The notes beneath the pieces are model-generated. The model saw nothing but the letters and a program-made list of their open reading frames with translations, made no database searches and was not told the origin of the DNA. The translations under genes and the position numbers were made by a program. A DNA stretch of 64,000 nt. Origin: Octopus sinensis. Lineage: Eukaryota. Shown in pieces: positions 40,072-53,100 of the stretch; positions within the stretch are counted from its first letter, which is position 1; each line of letters starts with the position of its first letter. The DNA is taken from assembly GCF_006345805.1 (NCBI RefSeq), contig NC_043020.1, positions 4,030,001 through 4,094,000 of the forward strand, read 5' to 3'.

Positions 40072-43000
40072 CTGAAACATTGGAAAAAGACAAAGAAATT
40101 AGAAAATAAATCAAAGAGGAGGAGGAGGAGATTATCAATTAATGTAAATCATTTCATACAGAATTTCGTTTTAAAGAGTTGTTGTTGTTCAGCCTCATTT
40201 TTCAATCCACTTTTCCCTGCTGCCTAAATCCAATCCAGCAGCAGCTTGTCAACTTGTTTTCTTAATTGCTAACCATCATTCTCTCTCCTCCATTACTCCC
40301 TCCCGTATGAATGTTGACATGTCCCAACCCCCTCACTTCCAGTACTCCTTCTTCTATCACCCTGCCTCCCTCACTCTCTCTTCTTTTCCATTCCGTCTCC
40401 CTACAAATTGTGGCTGTCTTTCATTTAGCTCTGTTCCCCCTCTCACTCCTACCATTCTCTGCCTCATCCTCAATCAATATGGTGACAATTGATGCATACA
40501 CAGGCACAAACACAAACATACACCATGGCTGTCAACCCATTGATGACCACCTCTGGCAAAGCAAGCTTGCACAGAATTTTGAAGAGGAATAAGGCTTGCA
40601 CAGCACCTCACAGAATCTCACCACCCTGCTGGCATGATCCAGAGAGAAGCCTGGGCTAGGTATCTAGTGTTAATATGGGTTGCAGGATCAGGAGTGCCAT
40701 GATCTTACGCTCAAACCAAAGATTCCCAAGATGTCCATTGCCATTTTCCCTGACCTTTTCCAGAAGACCTGCTTTAACATACACATCCCCATCTCAAATG
40801 TGGAAAGAAACTCGGGGTGAGCATAACAGCAGGTGGTCCTTAAAGAAGAAACCCCCTTTAAGCAAGTGTTTCGGCCCTTAACTCCTGACGCTCTAGCGGG
40901 GTCAGGCTACGTCTGAGTCATGACTCCCAGATGTCCACCTGCTGTCCATTTTAGTATGCCTTGGGTGGGGTTGGTTTCTAGCACTGCTGTGGCCCTGAGA
41001 AGGGATTCGAACCCGTATCGTCGGCTCCAGAGGCCTACATGACTACACCAATTAATCTTCATCAAGTTGGCTTTTGTTCCTCCTTGACCAGATCCAATTT
41101 GAGGCCTTTTCCGCCGCTTAATTAATCAACAAACATCGTTAGGGGCCACCAAGCTCCCAGAAACAGCTGTTCAATTTGTAATGCTATTTTTCAACCCCTT
41201 TTGAAGTTCCAATAATCCTGAATAATGACATACATACATAAATAAATATATTCATGTGTGCATACATACAAGATATATACAACTCAGTGGTCAGTTGCAT
41301 GTTGTGTATGATGCTGGCAGCATACACAGCATGGATGCTGCGTATGGTGCCAGAGGCAGCAACTACTGGAAATAGCACACACAGACACACAGAGGAGTTT
41401 GTCCAATTGTCAAAACTCCATTTTTCTCACTGACCTTATTAACTTCCGGTTCAGGTGGCTTATTCTGTCCAGGTGTGTTCATTTCATATGCAGACACTTT
41501 ATCTGTAATGATAATCATAATAATTTCTATTATAGGCACAAAGATTGACCTTTTGTAGGGAGGGGGCTGAGTTGATTACATCAACCCCAATGTTCAACTA
41601 AAGTTATCAACTTTGAAAAAATAAAAATAAAATGAAAGGCAAAGTTGGCCACCAGAGCAAAAGACTGGGGGGGGGGGCAAGTTGATGACGCTGCCGACCC
41701 CACTGGTCATAACAACAACAACAATAATAATAATACTTTCTACTGGCGGCAGAAGACCTGAAATTTGTGGGAAAGAGTAAGTCAATCACATCAACCTCAG
41801 TACATGACTGGTACTTTATTAACCCTGAAAGGATGAGAGGCAAAGCCAACCTCGGAGGAATTTGAACTCAGAATGTTGTGACAGGCGAAATGCTGCCAGC
41901 CCTCTGCCTTATAATAATAATCTTTTTTACTAAAGGCACAAGGCCTGAAATTGTGGGGGCAGAGGGGACCAGTTGATCCCATTTACCCCAGTGTTTCACT
42001 GGTACCTATTTCATCAGCCACAAAAGGTAAAGTCGACCTTGGTAGAATCTGAACTCAGAATGTAGCAACAGGCGAAATACCTATTTCTTTACTACCCACA
42101 AGGGGCTAAATACAGAAGGGACAGCAAAGGGATTAAGTCAATTATATTGACCCCAGTGCGTAACTGGTACTTAATTTATCGACCCCAAAAGGATGAAAGG
42201 CAAAGTTGACCTCAGCAGAATTTGAACTCACAACGTAACGGCAAGCGAAATACCGTTATGCATTTCATCCAGCATGCTAACGATTCTGCCAGCTCACTGC
42301 TTTAATAATAATAATCATGGTTTCAAATTTTAGCACAAGGCCAGCAATTTCAGAGGAGGGGCTAAGTCAATTACATCAACCCCAGTATCTGATGGGTGCT
42401 TTATTTTATCGACCCTGTTTACATTCTATTTTGTCTGACATGCTAATGATTGTTACAATCTGTCAATCTTAACAATTTATCGCTTACCTCTTGTGTTCCC
42501 TGTATAGAAAAATGCCAGGCAGAACCTGATACATTTGCCAATCACTCTTTCTTCACTGCCTGTCATCCATCCCCCTTTTTCTGAAGCCCTTGCTATATTC
42601 ACAGTCATCACTTACTCTTCCTAGAGCTTGGCTCTTCCACAAGCAGCTATCACTCTGCCATACCAGCCAGTTCTGTTTCTACCATCATACCAATTTCCCT
42701 ACTTCAAGCACCAGCTTCTCTACCAGTCACTGACTCTGACGAAACAAACACACAGCATAGACAAGAGGAAACTCTCTAGTCTTTTGAGGTACGAAAGGCA
42801 ACCTTCACTGTTGGTGTCCGGATAATCTGCATCTGAGATTGGTGAACCAGGGGAGACATTGGAAGGCGAAGAGAAGCATATGTCGTCTTGTTGAGAACAT
42901 AATGACCTCTCAAGTGCTGCTGCTTGCAGTATCATTCGCCCAGTTCACTCGTGGTTGGTGATAAGAGCAATAAGCCAAAGAAGCGATATCAAGAAGAAAG

Positions 43001-44133
43001 CAGGTGAGTGAGACGTTAGCATGGAAGAGAAGCATAAAATGAAGGTGATGATGATGATGATGACTATGATAAGTAGAGGGGAAAAAGTTTCAAAAGAAGG
43101 GTTAGTTGGTTATGTCAACCCCAGTACATGACTGGTACTTTATATTGAGGTCAAGAAGATTTGAACTCATAATGTAAAGGAAGGTAACTTAATACCATAA
43201 CCAAATGTGCCTCTTAGCCTATTCCAAAACATCGGTTTAATACTGTGATCTTCTGCCTCCTCCTCATCTATAAACATAGGGAAAAGAAAATCAATAAGAA
43301 GTTCGTGGATTTGGTTAAACTGCTAAAGTGTCAGGAAACCCTTCAGGTATTTAAGTCCCTTCAGGGTTTGAGTTCAAATCCCAGCAAAGGTCACCTTGGA
43401 GATGTCAATAAAATATAGTATCAGTTATATGTGAGGGAGTGTGATGTAATCAAGTGCATACCTCAATCCGAAAGTGTGTGTGGAATTATTAATTAACCAG
43501 AGGAGAAATGAGAAAACTTGATTATTAATTATATATATAATCGTTTTGACATCCACTTGTCCATACTTGCCTGGGTTAAAGGTACATTTTCTGCAGTCAG
43601 GTGCCCGTCCTACCTGTTTCCAATGAAGGTAATATTTCCCTCATGGCCAGACATGGTGGTACAGAAGACTGGAAATAAATTACTTTGATTGTATAATTGT
43701 GACAATCGCTTCCAACTACCCTGCAATGCCAAGATAAGGAGACACACACACACACACGGTGAAAGTGTTTCGGTTTCCATTACCAAATCCACTGACATGG
43801 CTTTGGTCAGCCTGAGGCAATGAAAGAAGAGACTTGTCCAAGGTGCCAGACTCTGGGACTGAACCTGTTGCTATATATATATAAAATTGAAATCAAAATG
43901 AAGGTGAAAAATTGGATATTAATTTGATAACATCAATTTTAATACCAGTGGTCTAGCATATAAAAAAATTGAGATTCAGTAAATAGTATTTCATACATAA
44001 ATATAAGGGGGAATTTTTTTAACCACTATGTGGAAACCCTTATGCTAGGAGAAGATCCGCTATGGTTTTAACCACTAAAAATTGTTCTCCAGAAAAAATT
44101 TTCTGGTTAAAAAAATTCCCTCATATATTTATG

Positions 44134-44165
<32 letters not shown>

Positions 44166-47100
44166 CATACACATACATATAAATGTGTATGTTGATGTAT
44201 ATTGATAAAGATTGTGAACATCAATCATAAAACTGAAACTATTGTTTTGTAATTAAGTTCGCTTGTGATATTTGTTCTGATTCGAGATCCAGACACTTCC
44301 TTGTCACTCTCCCCATCAGATATACAGTAAATCAAAGAATGGCCTGTCATAAATGTGCAACAATGACTTTCAAATACTTTCTGAAAATATATTTATGAGA
44401 AGATGTTTCCTAATTTTAGAAGCAAAGGAATCAGTGTTGTTACCTTGGTTACAATATTCCATTATTTCCATTCCACAACCAGCAACGAATTTGTAGACCA
44501 AAAACAAACTCATTTCAATGACAAAAGCGTCGTACATTCTCTCTACATTCTCCATCTTGCTGTGCATCAAAACTCCAATAAATATTGTGACATCTAAAAG
44601 ATCAAAGACAAGGCCATAGCAATAACAAAATGTTACCAAAATGTGTTGCATCAAAACAATTTGAGTTGAAGAAACAAAAATAGAAAAATTCTATCCTGCA
44701 ATCAACAGACACATTTGTCCGATCCCAGACAAACTCAGACATGTTTGTCTCCGTTGTGAATTCATAGCAAAATCCAAATATGGACCCAAATTACATTCAC
44801 ACACCCATTGCAAAATAGATGCAGCTTCTTTTATCTGGAATCGTCTTTTTTTATTAATCTTTTCCTTGAAACACTCAACAGCAGCAATCATCATCATCAT
44901 CATTATTATTATTTGAGATACAAAGCCAGCATTTTTGTGTTGAGGGCTTAGTCAAGACCATCAACCCTATTACTTAGCTAGGATTTTATTTCATCAACCC
45001 TGGAACAATGAAAGGCAAACTTAATCTTGCTGGAATTTGGACTCATTTCCAGAAGAAATACCACAATAAAGATTCTGTTAATCCACCATTCTATAATAAT
45101 AATAATAATCCTTATTACTTGAGACACAAGGCCTGATATTCTAGAAGGATGACAGGCAAAGTCAATCTTGGCAGAATTTGAACTCAGAACACTAAGCATT
45201 TTGTCCGGTTTACCTTGGATAGGAATTTCTCATTTAGAAAAATCAATTACATTGAACCCCCCCCCACAGTAATTCAATTGAAAGGTGTTGTACTAAAGAG
45301 ACTCAGGTGATATTTGTTGACAGACTCAGCTGAGAGTTAGTAGAGCAACATTGTTGAAGACCTACTTGAAAAATATGCAATGGTGATTGATAGGAAAAAC
45401 ATCCAGCTGAAAAACCATTCCTCACAAACAGGTATTCATCCAACCCATGCTAGGAAGGAAAAACCAATGTTAAACCTATGAATGAACTAAGTTAATCCAA
45501 TCTGGTACATTTTCTCACTAAATTTCTCCTTGCATCTCTCTCTCTCTTTCTCTCAGAAATTATACCATAGCAACATAGTTATATATGCAACAGCAGTATG
45601 TTGTTTCAATATGGTTATGTTTGTAATATCAATACAAAACAGTTGACACTAAAAGCAGTGTTCCATTTGATTTCTCTCATCTTACTCCGTATTCCAGGTG
45701 AAGCCAGGCCACCTTTTTCGAGAAGTGAGTCACATGAGACATAACTCATTGTCAGGCCAGCCATACTTCTAAAAATAATTCAAGGTAACATCCACTCCAG
45801 TCCACTCAGCTGGCAAAAATGAGTAATGCTGTGATGGACTGGTGTACTGTCAAGCTGGGGAACACAGAAACCGGGAAACCAGGCCCATGAGCCTGGCTAG
45901 GCTTTAGAAGGGCGCATTTATTATTTATTTTATTGTTAGGTGTGCCATGGGCTGCAGATTGCCTGAGCCAGCTTTAGGTAATAAAAAAACCAAACCATGG
46001 CTATCACACACCTGGCGAATATCACCTGGGCACATGTACTATGCTTTTACTGGTTGTAAAACGCATCTGCTCATTCTGCCCCAAGACACCTGTGCTGGTG
46101 ACACATAAAAAGCACCGTCCAAACGTGGCAGATGCCAGCGCTACCTGACTGGCGTCCGTGTCGGTGATACATAAAACCACCAACCGATTCATGGCCGTTT
46201 GCCAGCCTCCTCTGGCCCCTGTGCCAGTGGCACATAAAAAACACCCACTACACTCATGGAGTGGTTGGCGTTAGGAAGGGCATCCAGCTGCAGAAACTCT
46301 GCCAGATCAGACTGGAGCCTGGTGCAGCCCCTTGGCTTCCCAGACCCCGATCCAACCCATGCTAGCATGGAAAACGGACGTTAAATGATGATGATGAACA
46401 ACAGACCAGTTCCACAGACTCTTTACTCTCCCAACTTGGTACCATGTGGCTTCTGGCTCCACTCCCAACTTGGCACCATGTGGATTCTGGCTCCTCTCCC
46501 AACTTGGCACCATGTGGCTTCTGGCTCCTCTCCCAACTTGGCACCATGTGGCTTCTGGCTCCTCTCCCAACTTGGCACCATGTGGCTTCTGGCTCCTCTC
46601 CCAACTTGGCACCATGTGGCTTCTGGCCCCTCTCCCAACTTGGTACCATGTGGCTTCTGGCTCCTCTCCCAACTTGGCACCATGTGGCTTCTGGCTCCTC
46701 TCCCAACTTGGCACCATGTGGCTTCTGGCTCCTCTCCCAACTTGGCACTATGTGGCTTCTGGCTCCTCTCCAAACTGAAAATTATGTTGAAAAGGAAAAG
46801 ATTCGAGTAGAGGAAAGTGATGGAGGAGCTCCATATCATTCCAGAGAAGGTGTTCTTCCAGAGGTGTTACAAGCTGTGGCAGAACCACTGGGAAAAGTGC
46901 ATGAAATCGCAACAGGAGTGTTTTGAAGGGGATTAAAGAAAATCTGTGAAATGTATAAACTAGCCTTTTCTATGCCCAAAGGTTGGCTACTTTTTAAATG
47001 CACCTCACACACACACACACACACACATATAATGCATCAATATCTATTCTCTACAACAATTGATATTACTCTATTTAAAATCATGTTCTCAATTCAATAA

Positions 47101-50100
47101 AATCAAAGAAAGCCAGCAATATTTACCAGCAAGAATCATCAAAATGGTGCCGATCATGCTGTGGACCCAGTTAAAATAAATCCGCTTCGGATGATCTTTT
47201 CCCGGCCTAAAATAGCCTAAGATGGGCTGAAATAGAAATTGGTAAAGAAGAGGATAGAGTGAGTAGCATTATGGTGTGGGTCATGGGTGGAAGGGAAGTA
47301 GGAGTTACAAGTGGGAGAGAGGTGAGGAAAAGTCAAGAATGGTGGGAGAAGGAGGTGAAAGGGTTGGGTAAAAGATGTAAAAAGAGATGGGTTGGGGGGG
47401 TGATTAAATGAGTTACAAGGATACAATGTACTCACATTGATAATGACGAAAATGGTAACAATGATTCCAATTATGGGATGAGCTTTTGCTGATGAGCCCT
47501 GAAGCTGCAGAGAAAGGAAGACATATTAAAACTGGGACCAATATAATGTAGGGAGCAGAAAATACTAACTTAATCTAGAGCAATGTCTGTGAAGTTGAAT
47601 TGTTATCTTGGCACCCTCATCATTTCACATTCAGTTCCACTGAAGGGAATTTTGGCCAAATATCTTATACTGGGAGCTTTTCTATCAGAACAATGCATTG
47701 CGGTTGAAAATGGCATGTGGAAACTATACAGAAGCCTGTCATGTGTGTGTGAATATACTGATGATGTTTTGCCAAAAAAGTCTTTGTTTAATGTCTTCTA
47801 ACTTAGCAGTTCACCAAAGAGAAATCAATAAATGCCAGACTTAAAAATAAGTACTGGGATTGACATGACCAACTAAAACATTTGAAGGTAGTGCTCCAGT
47901 CTGGTCACATTCCAGTGACCAAAACAAGTAATTAAAAATATTCTGTAATGAGGAAACAAAAAACAAAACCCATTAACTCTGGTTAAGAAGGACAAGGGAG
48001 GTAATTCTAACATCTAAATTTCTTAAAAACTGAACAGAGATATTCATTTAGGATTAATTCTGAGTTTTAGCAAATATGGTCATGTTTCAGTCTTATGAAA
48101 TCTTTTCAGTGAAGCAATAATTGTCAGATTGTTGAAGGTTGGGTGGGGAGTAAAGTTTAAAGAGAAATTCAACATTGACAGCTGATTAAGATGAGAGGAC
48201 TCCACAGGGCTTGGATGGTTTGTCATGAGATTGTTTAGCCCTAGGCAAATTTGGATCATTTCCACTGAGTTCCCTTGCTTGTGAATGTGATTCCACTACC
48301 TTAACAGACATTAAGTAATTGCAAAGACTACTCAATGAACCAGTGTCTGTAGATATGGCACAAAGATACTTACTTCACTGTATTCGCCTTCATTCTGAAT
48401 AAAGATTAAGATGAATCCTAGAATGGTCAACAACATAGCTAGAACCATGAAAGTTCTGTGGAGCTGCAAAAGAAGAACACAAATATCTGTGATTGTGTGT
48501 GTGAAGGGGTGGGGAGAAAAAGTGAGAGAGAGACGGACAGAAAGAGAAGTATGTGAGATGCACACAAACACTCACTCACACATAGCTGCTAGGGTCCCCT
48601 CCACACACACACAACAAAGGTATTTTATGTGATTCTGATTGCAACATTTGAATGGGGTCGAAATAAGTTGAAATCAGAACTTGTAGGTCAATGAGAGTGA
48701 TGATGACAGTGGTTGTGGCGATAATGATGATGATGATGACAGTGGTTGTGGCGATAATGATGATGATGATGACAGTGGTTATGATGATGATGATGATGAT
48801 GGTAGGAATGGTTATGCTGGTGGTGATTGTATGAAAGATATGTGAATGATGCAGATAATTATGTAATGATGACAACGATGGCTGATCCGGTTCCTTTCTT
48901 ACCTGGAACCACAGCATAATCTTGCAGAGTTTCTTGTTAACGGATTTTGAATAACGAGCAGCAAATATTCCAACAGAAGCAAAGAATACCCAAGCCACAA
49001 TCATGGACACACCTGCAAAGAAAATGCAAACAAGTAGAAGACATTTGGCGCCAAAGTTTAGGCAGAAAACCAGCAATTTTGAAGAGAATCTGTTAATTTA
49101 TAAAATCAACCACAAAATGTGACTGGTACTTCATTGGCCCTGGAGAGTTGAAAAACAAAGTTGACTTTGATGGGATTTGAACTGAGAATGTAAAGAGTTG
49201 GAAGAAATAACAGTATTTTGTCAGACATTCTAATAGAAAGGAATAGAGGTAGGATGGAATAAATATAAAGAAGAGAATAGAGGTTGGATGGAATGAATAT
49301 AAAGAAGAGAATAGAGGTTGGATGGAATGAATATAAAGAAGAGAATAGAGGTTGGATGGAATAAGTATAAAGAAGAGAATAGAGGTTGGATGGAATAAAT
49401 ATAAAGAAGAGAATAGAGGTTGGATGGAATAAATATAAAGAAGAGAATAGAGGTTGGATGGAATAAGTATAAAGAAGAGAATAGAGGGGATGGAATAAAT
49501 ATAAAGAAGAGAATGAGGTTGGATGGATGAATATAAAGAAGAGAATAGAGGTTGGATGGAATAAATATAAAGAAGAGAATAGAGGTTGGATGGAATAAAT
49601 ATAAAGAAGAGAATAGAGGTTGGATGGAATAAATATAAAGAAGAGAATAGAGGTTGGATGGAATAAGTATAAAGAAGAGAATAGAGGTTGGATGGAATAA
49701 GTATAAAGAAGAGAATAGAGGTTGGATGGAATAAATATAAAGAAGAGAATAGAGGTTGGATGGAATAAATATAAAGAAGAGAATAGAGGTTGGATGGAAT
49801 GAATATAAAGAAGAGAATAGAGGTTGGATGGAATAAGTATAAAGAAGAGAATAGAGGTTGGATGGAATAAATATAAAGAAGAGAATAGAGGTTGGATGGA
49901 ATAATATAAAGAAGAGAATAGAGGTTGGATGGAATAAATATAAAGAAGAGAATAGAGGTTGGATGGAATAAATATAAAGAAGAGAATAGAGGTTGGATGG
50001 AATGAATATAAAGAAGAGAATAGAGGTTGGATGGAATAAATATAAAGAAGAGAATAGAGGTTGGATGGAATAAATATAAAGAAGAGAATAGAGGTTGGAT

Positions 50101-53100
50101 GGAATAAATATAAAGAAGAGAATAGAGGTTGGATGGAATAAATATAAAGAAGAGAATAGAGGTTGGATGGAATGAATATAAAGAAGAGAATAGAGGTTGG
50201 ATGGAATAAATATATAAAGAAGAGAATAGAGGTTGGATGGAATAAATATAAAGAAGAGAATAGAGGTTGGATGGAATAGTATAGAAGAGAATAGAGGTTG
50301 GATGGAATAAGTATAAGAAGAGAATAGAGGTTGGATGGAATAAATATAAGAAGAGAATAGAGGTTGGATGGAATAAATATAAGAAGAGAATAGAGGTTGG
50401 ATGGAATAAATATAAAGAAGAGATAGAGGTTGGATGGAATAAATATAAAGAAGAGAATAAGGTTGGATGGAATAAATATAAAGAAGAGAATAGAGGTTGG
50501 ATGGAATAAGTATAAAGAAGAGAATAGAGGTTGGATGGAATAAATATAAAGAAGAGAATAGAGGTTGGATGGAATAAATATAAAGAAGAGAATAGAGGTT
50601 GGATGGAATAAGTATAAAGAAGAGAATAGAGGTTGGATGGAATAAGTATAAAGAAGAGAATAGAGGTTGGATGGAATAAATATAAAGAAGAGAATAGAGG
50701 TTGGATGGAATGAATATAAAGAAGAGAATAGAGGTTGGATGGAATAAATATAAAGAAGAGAATAGAGGTTGGATGGAATAAATATAAAGAAGAGAATAGA
50801 GGTTGGATGGAATAAATATAAAGAAGAGAATAGAGGTTGGATGGAATAAGTATAAAGAAGAGAATAGAGGTTGGATGGAATAAATATAAAGAAGAGAATA
50901 GAGGTTGTGGATGAATAAATATAAAGAAGAGAATAGAGGTTGGATGGAATGAATATAAAGAAGAGAATAGAGGTTGGATGGAATAAATATAAAGAAGAGA
51001 ATAGAGGTTGGATGGAATAAATATAAAGAAGAGAATAGAGGTTGGATGGAATAAATATAAAGAAGAGAATAGAGGTTGGATGGAATAAATATAAAGAAGA
51101 GAATAGAGGTTGGATGGAATAAGTATAAAGAAGAGAATAGAGGTTGGATGGAATAATATATAAAGAGGGGGGGGGAAGGTAAGAATAGAGGTTGGATGGA
51201 ATAAATATAAAGAAGAGAATAGAGGTTGGATGAGGATGAATGAATAAAGAAGAGAATAGAGTTGGATGAATAAGTATAAAGAAGAGAATAGAGGTTGGAT
51301 GGAATAAATATAAGAAGAGAATAGAGGTTGGATGGAATAAGTATAAAGAAGAGAATAGAGGTTGGATGGAATGAATATAAAGAAGAGAATAGAGGTTGGA
51401 TGGAATAAATATAAAGAAGAGAATAGAGGTTGGATGGAATAAATATAAAGAAGAGAATAGAGGTTGGATGGAATGAATATAAAGAAGAGAATAGAGGTTG
51501 GATGGAATAATATAAAGAAGAGAATAGAGTTGGATGGAAAAATATAAAGAAGAGAATAGAGGTTGGATGGAATAATATAAAGAAGAGAATAGAGGTTGGA
51601 TGGAATGTATAAAGAAGAGAATAGAGGTTGGATGAATAAGTATAAAGAAGAGAATAGAGGTTGGATGGAATAAATATAAAGAAGAGAATAGAGGTTGGAT
51701 GGAATAAATAAAAGAGAAATAGAGGTTGGATGGAATAATATATAAAGAATAGATAGGGTTTGATGGAATAATATAAAGAAGAGAATAGAGGTTGGATGGA
51801 ATAAATATAAAGAAGAGAATAGAGGTTGGATGGAATAAATATAAGAAGAGAATAGAGGTTGGATGGAATGAATATAAGAAGAGAATAGAGTTGGATGGAA
51901 TAAGTATAAGAAGAGAATAGAGGTTGGATGGAATAAATATAAAGAAGAGAATAGAGGTTGGATGGAATGAATATAAAGAAGAGAATAGAGGTGGATGGAA
52001 TAATATAAAGAAGAGAATAGAGGTTGGATGAATAAGTTAAAGAAGAGAAATAAGGTTGGATGAATAAATATAAAGAAAGAATAGAGGTTGGATGGAATAA
52101 AATAAAGAAGAGAATAGAGGTTGGATGGAATGAATATAAAGAAGAGATAGAGGTTGGATGAATAAGTATAAAGAAGAGAATAGAGGTTGGATGGAATAAA
52201 ATAAAGAAGAGAATAGAGGTTGGATGGAATAAATATAAGAAGAGAAATAGAGGTTGGATGAATGTATAAGAAGAGAATAGAGGTTGGATGGAATAGTATA
52301 AAGAAGAGAATAGAGGTTGGATGGAATGAATATAAAGAAGAGGAAATAGAGTGTTATGGATGGAATAAGTATAAAGAAGAGAATAGAGGTTGGATGGAAT
52401 AAATATAAAGAAGAGAATAGAGGTTTGATGGAATAAATATAAAGAAGAAGATAGAGGTTGGATGGAATAAATATAAAGAAGAGAATAGAGTTGGATGGAA
52501 TAAGTATAAAGAAGAGATAGAGGTTGGATGGAATAAGTATAAAGAAGAGAAGAGGTTGGATGGAATAAATATAAAAGAAAAATAGAGGTTGGATGGAATA
52601 GTATAATAAGAAGAATAGAGGTTGGATGGAATAATTATAAAAAGAGATAGAGGTTGGATGGAATGAATATAAGAAGAGAATAGAGGTTGGATGGAATAAA
52701 TATAAAGAAGAGAATAGAGGTTGGATGGAATAAATATAAAGAAGAGAATAGAGGTTGGATGAATAAGTATAAAGAAGAATAGAGGTTGGATGGAAATATC
52801 TATAAAGAAGAGAATAGAGGTTGGATGGAATAAATTAAAGAAGAGATAGAGGTTGGATGGAATAATATAAAGAAGAGAATAGAGGTTTTGATGGAATAAA
52901 TATAAAGAAGAGAATAGAGGTTGGATGGAATGAATATAAAGAAGAGAATAGAGTTGGATGGAATAATATAAAGAAGAGAAAGAGGTTGGATGGAATAAAT
53001 AAAGAAGAGAATAGAGGTTGGATGGAATAAATATAAAGAAGAGAATAGAGGTTGATGGAATGAATATAAGAAGAGAATAGAGGTTGGATGGAATAATATA

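Noticed and set aside
40985-41060. tRNA-like sequence on minus strand (GGGTTCGAATCCC T-loop, CTG anticodon-like loop)
   Set aside because: No acceptor-stem pairing and mismatched stems; best read as a SINE head or pseudo-tRNA, as are the heads at 4055 and 57027.
41184-41390. Minus-strand ORF with a plausible acceptor (VVAASGTIRSIHAVY...)
   Set aside because: No good donor in the required phase; the 41435-41502 exon already closes the model.
45686-45768. Minus-strand AG...GTAAG-bounded segment within the FRRS1-like gene
   Set aside because: Its only open frame has the wrong phase for its intron (47127 to 44593, phase 1) and no b561 similarity.
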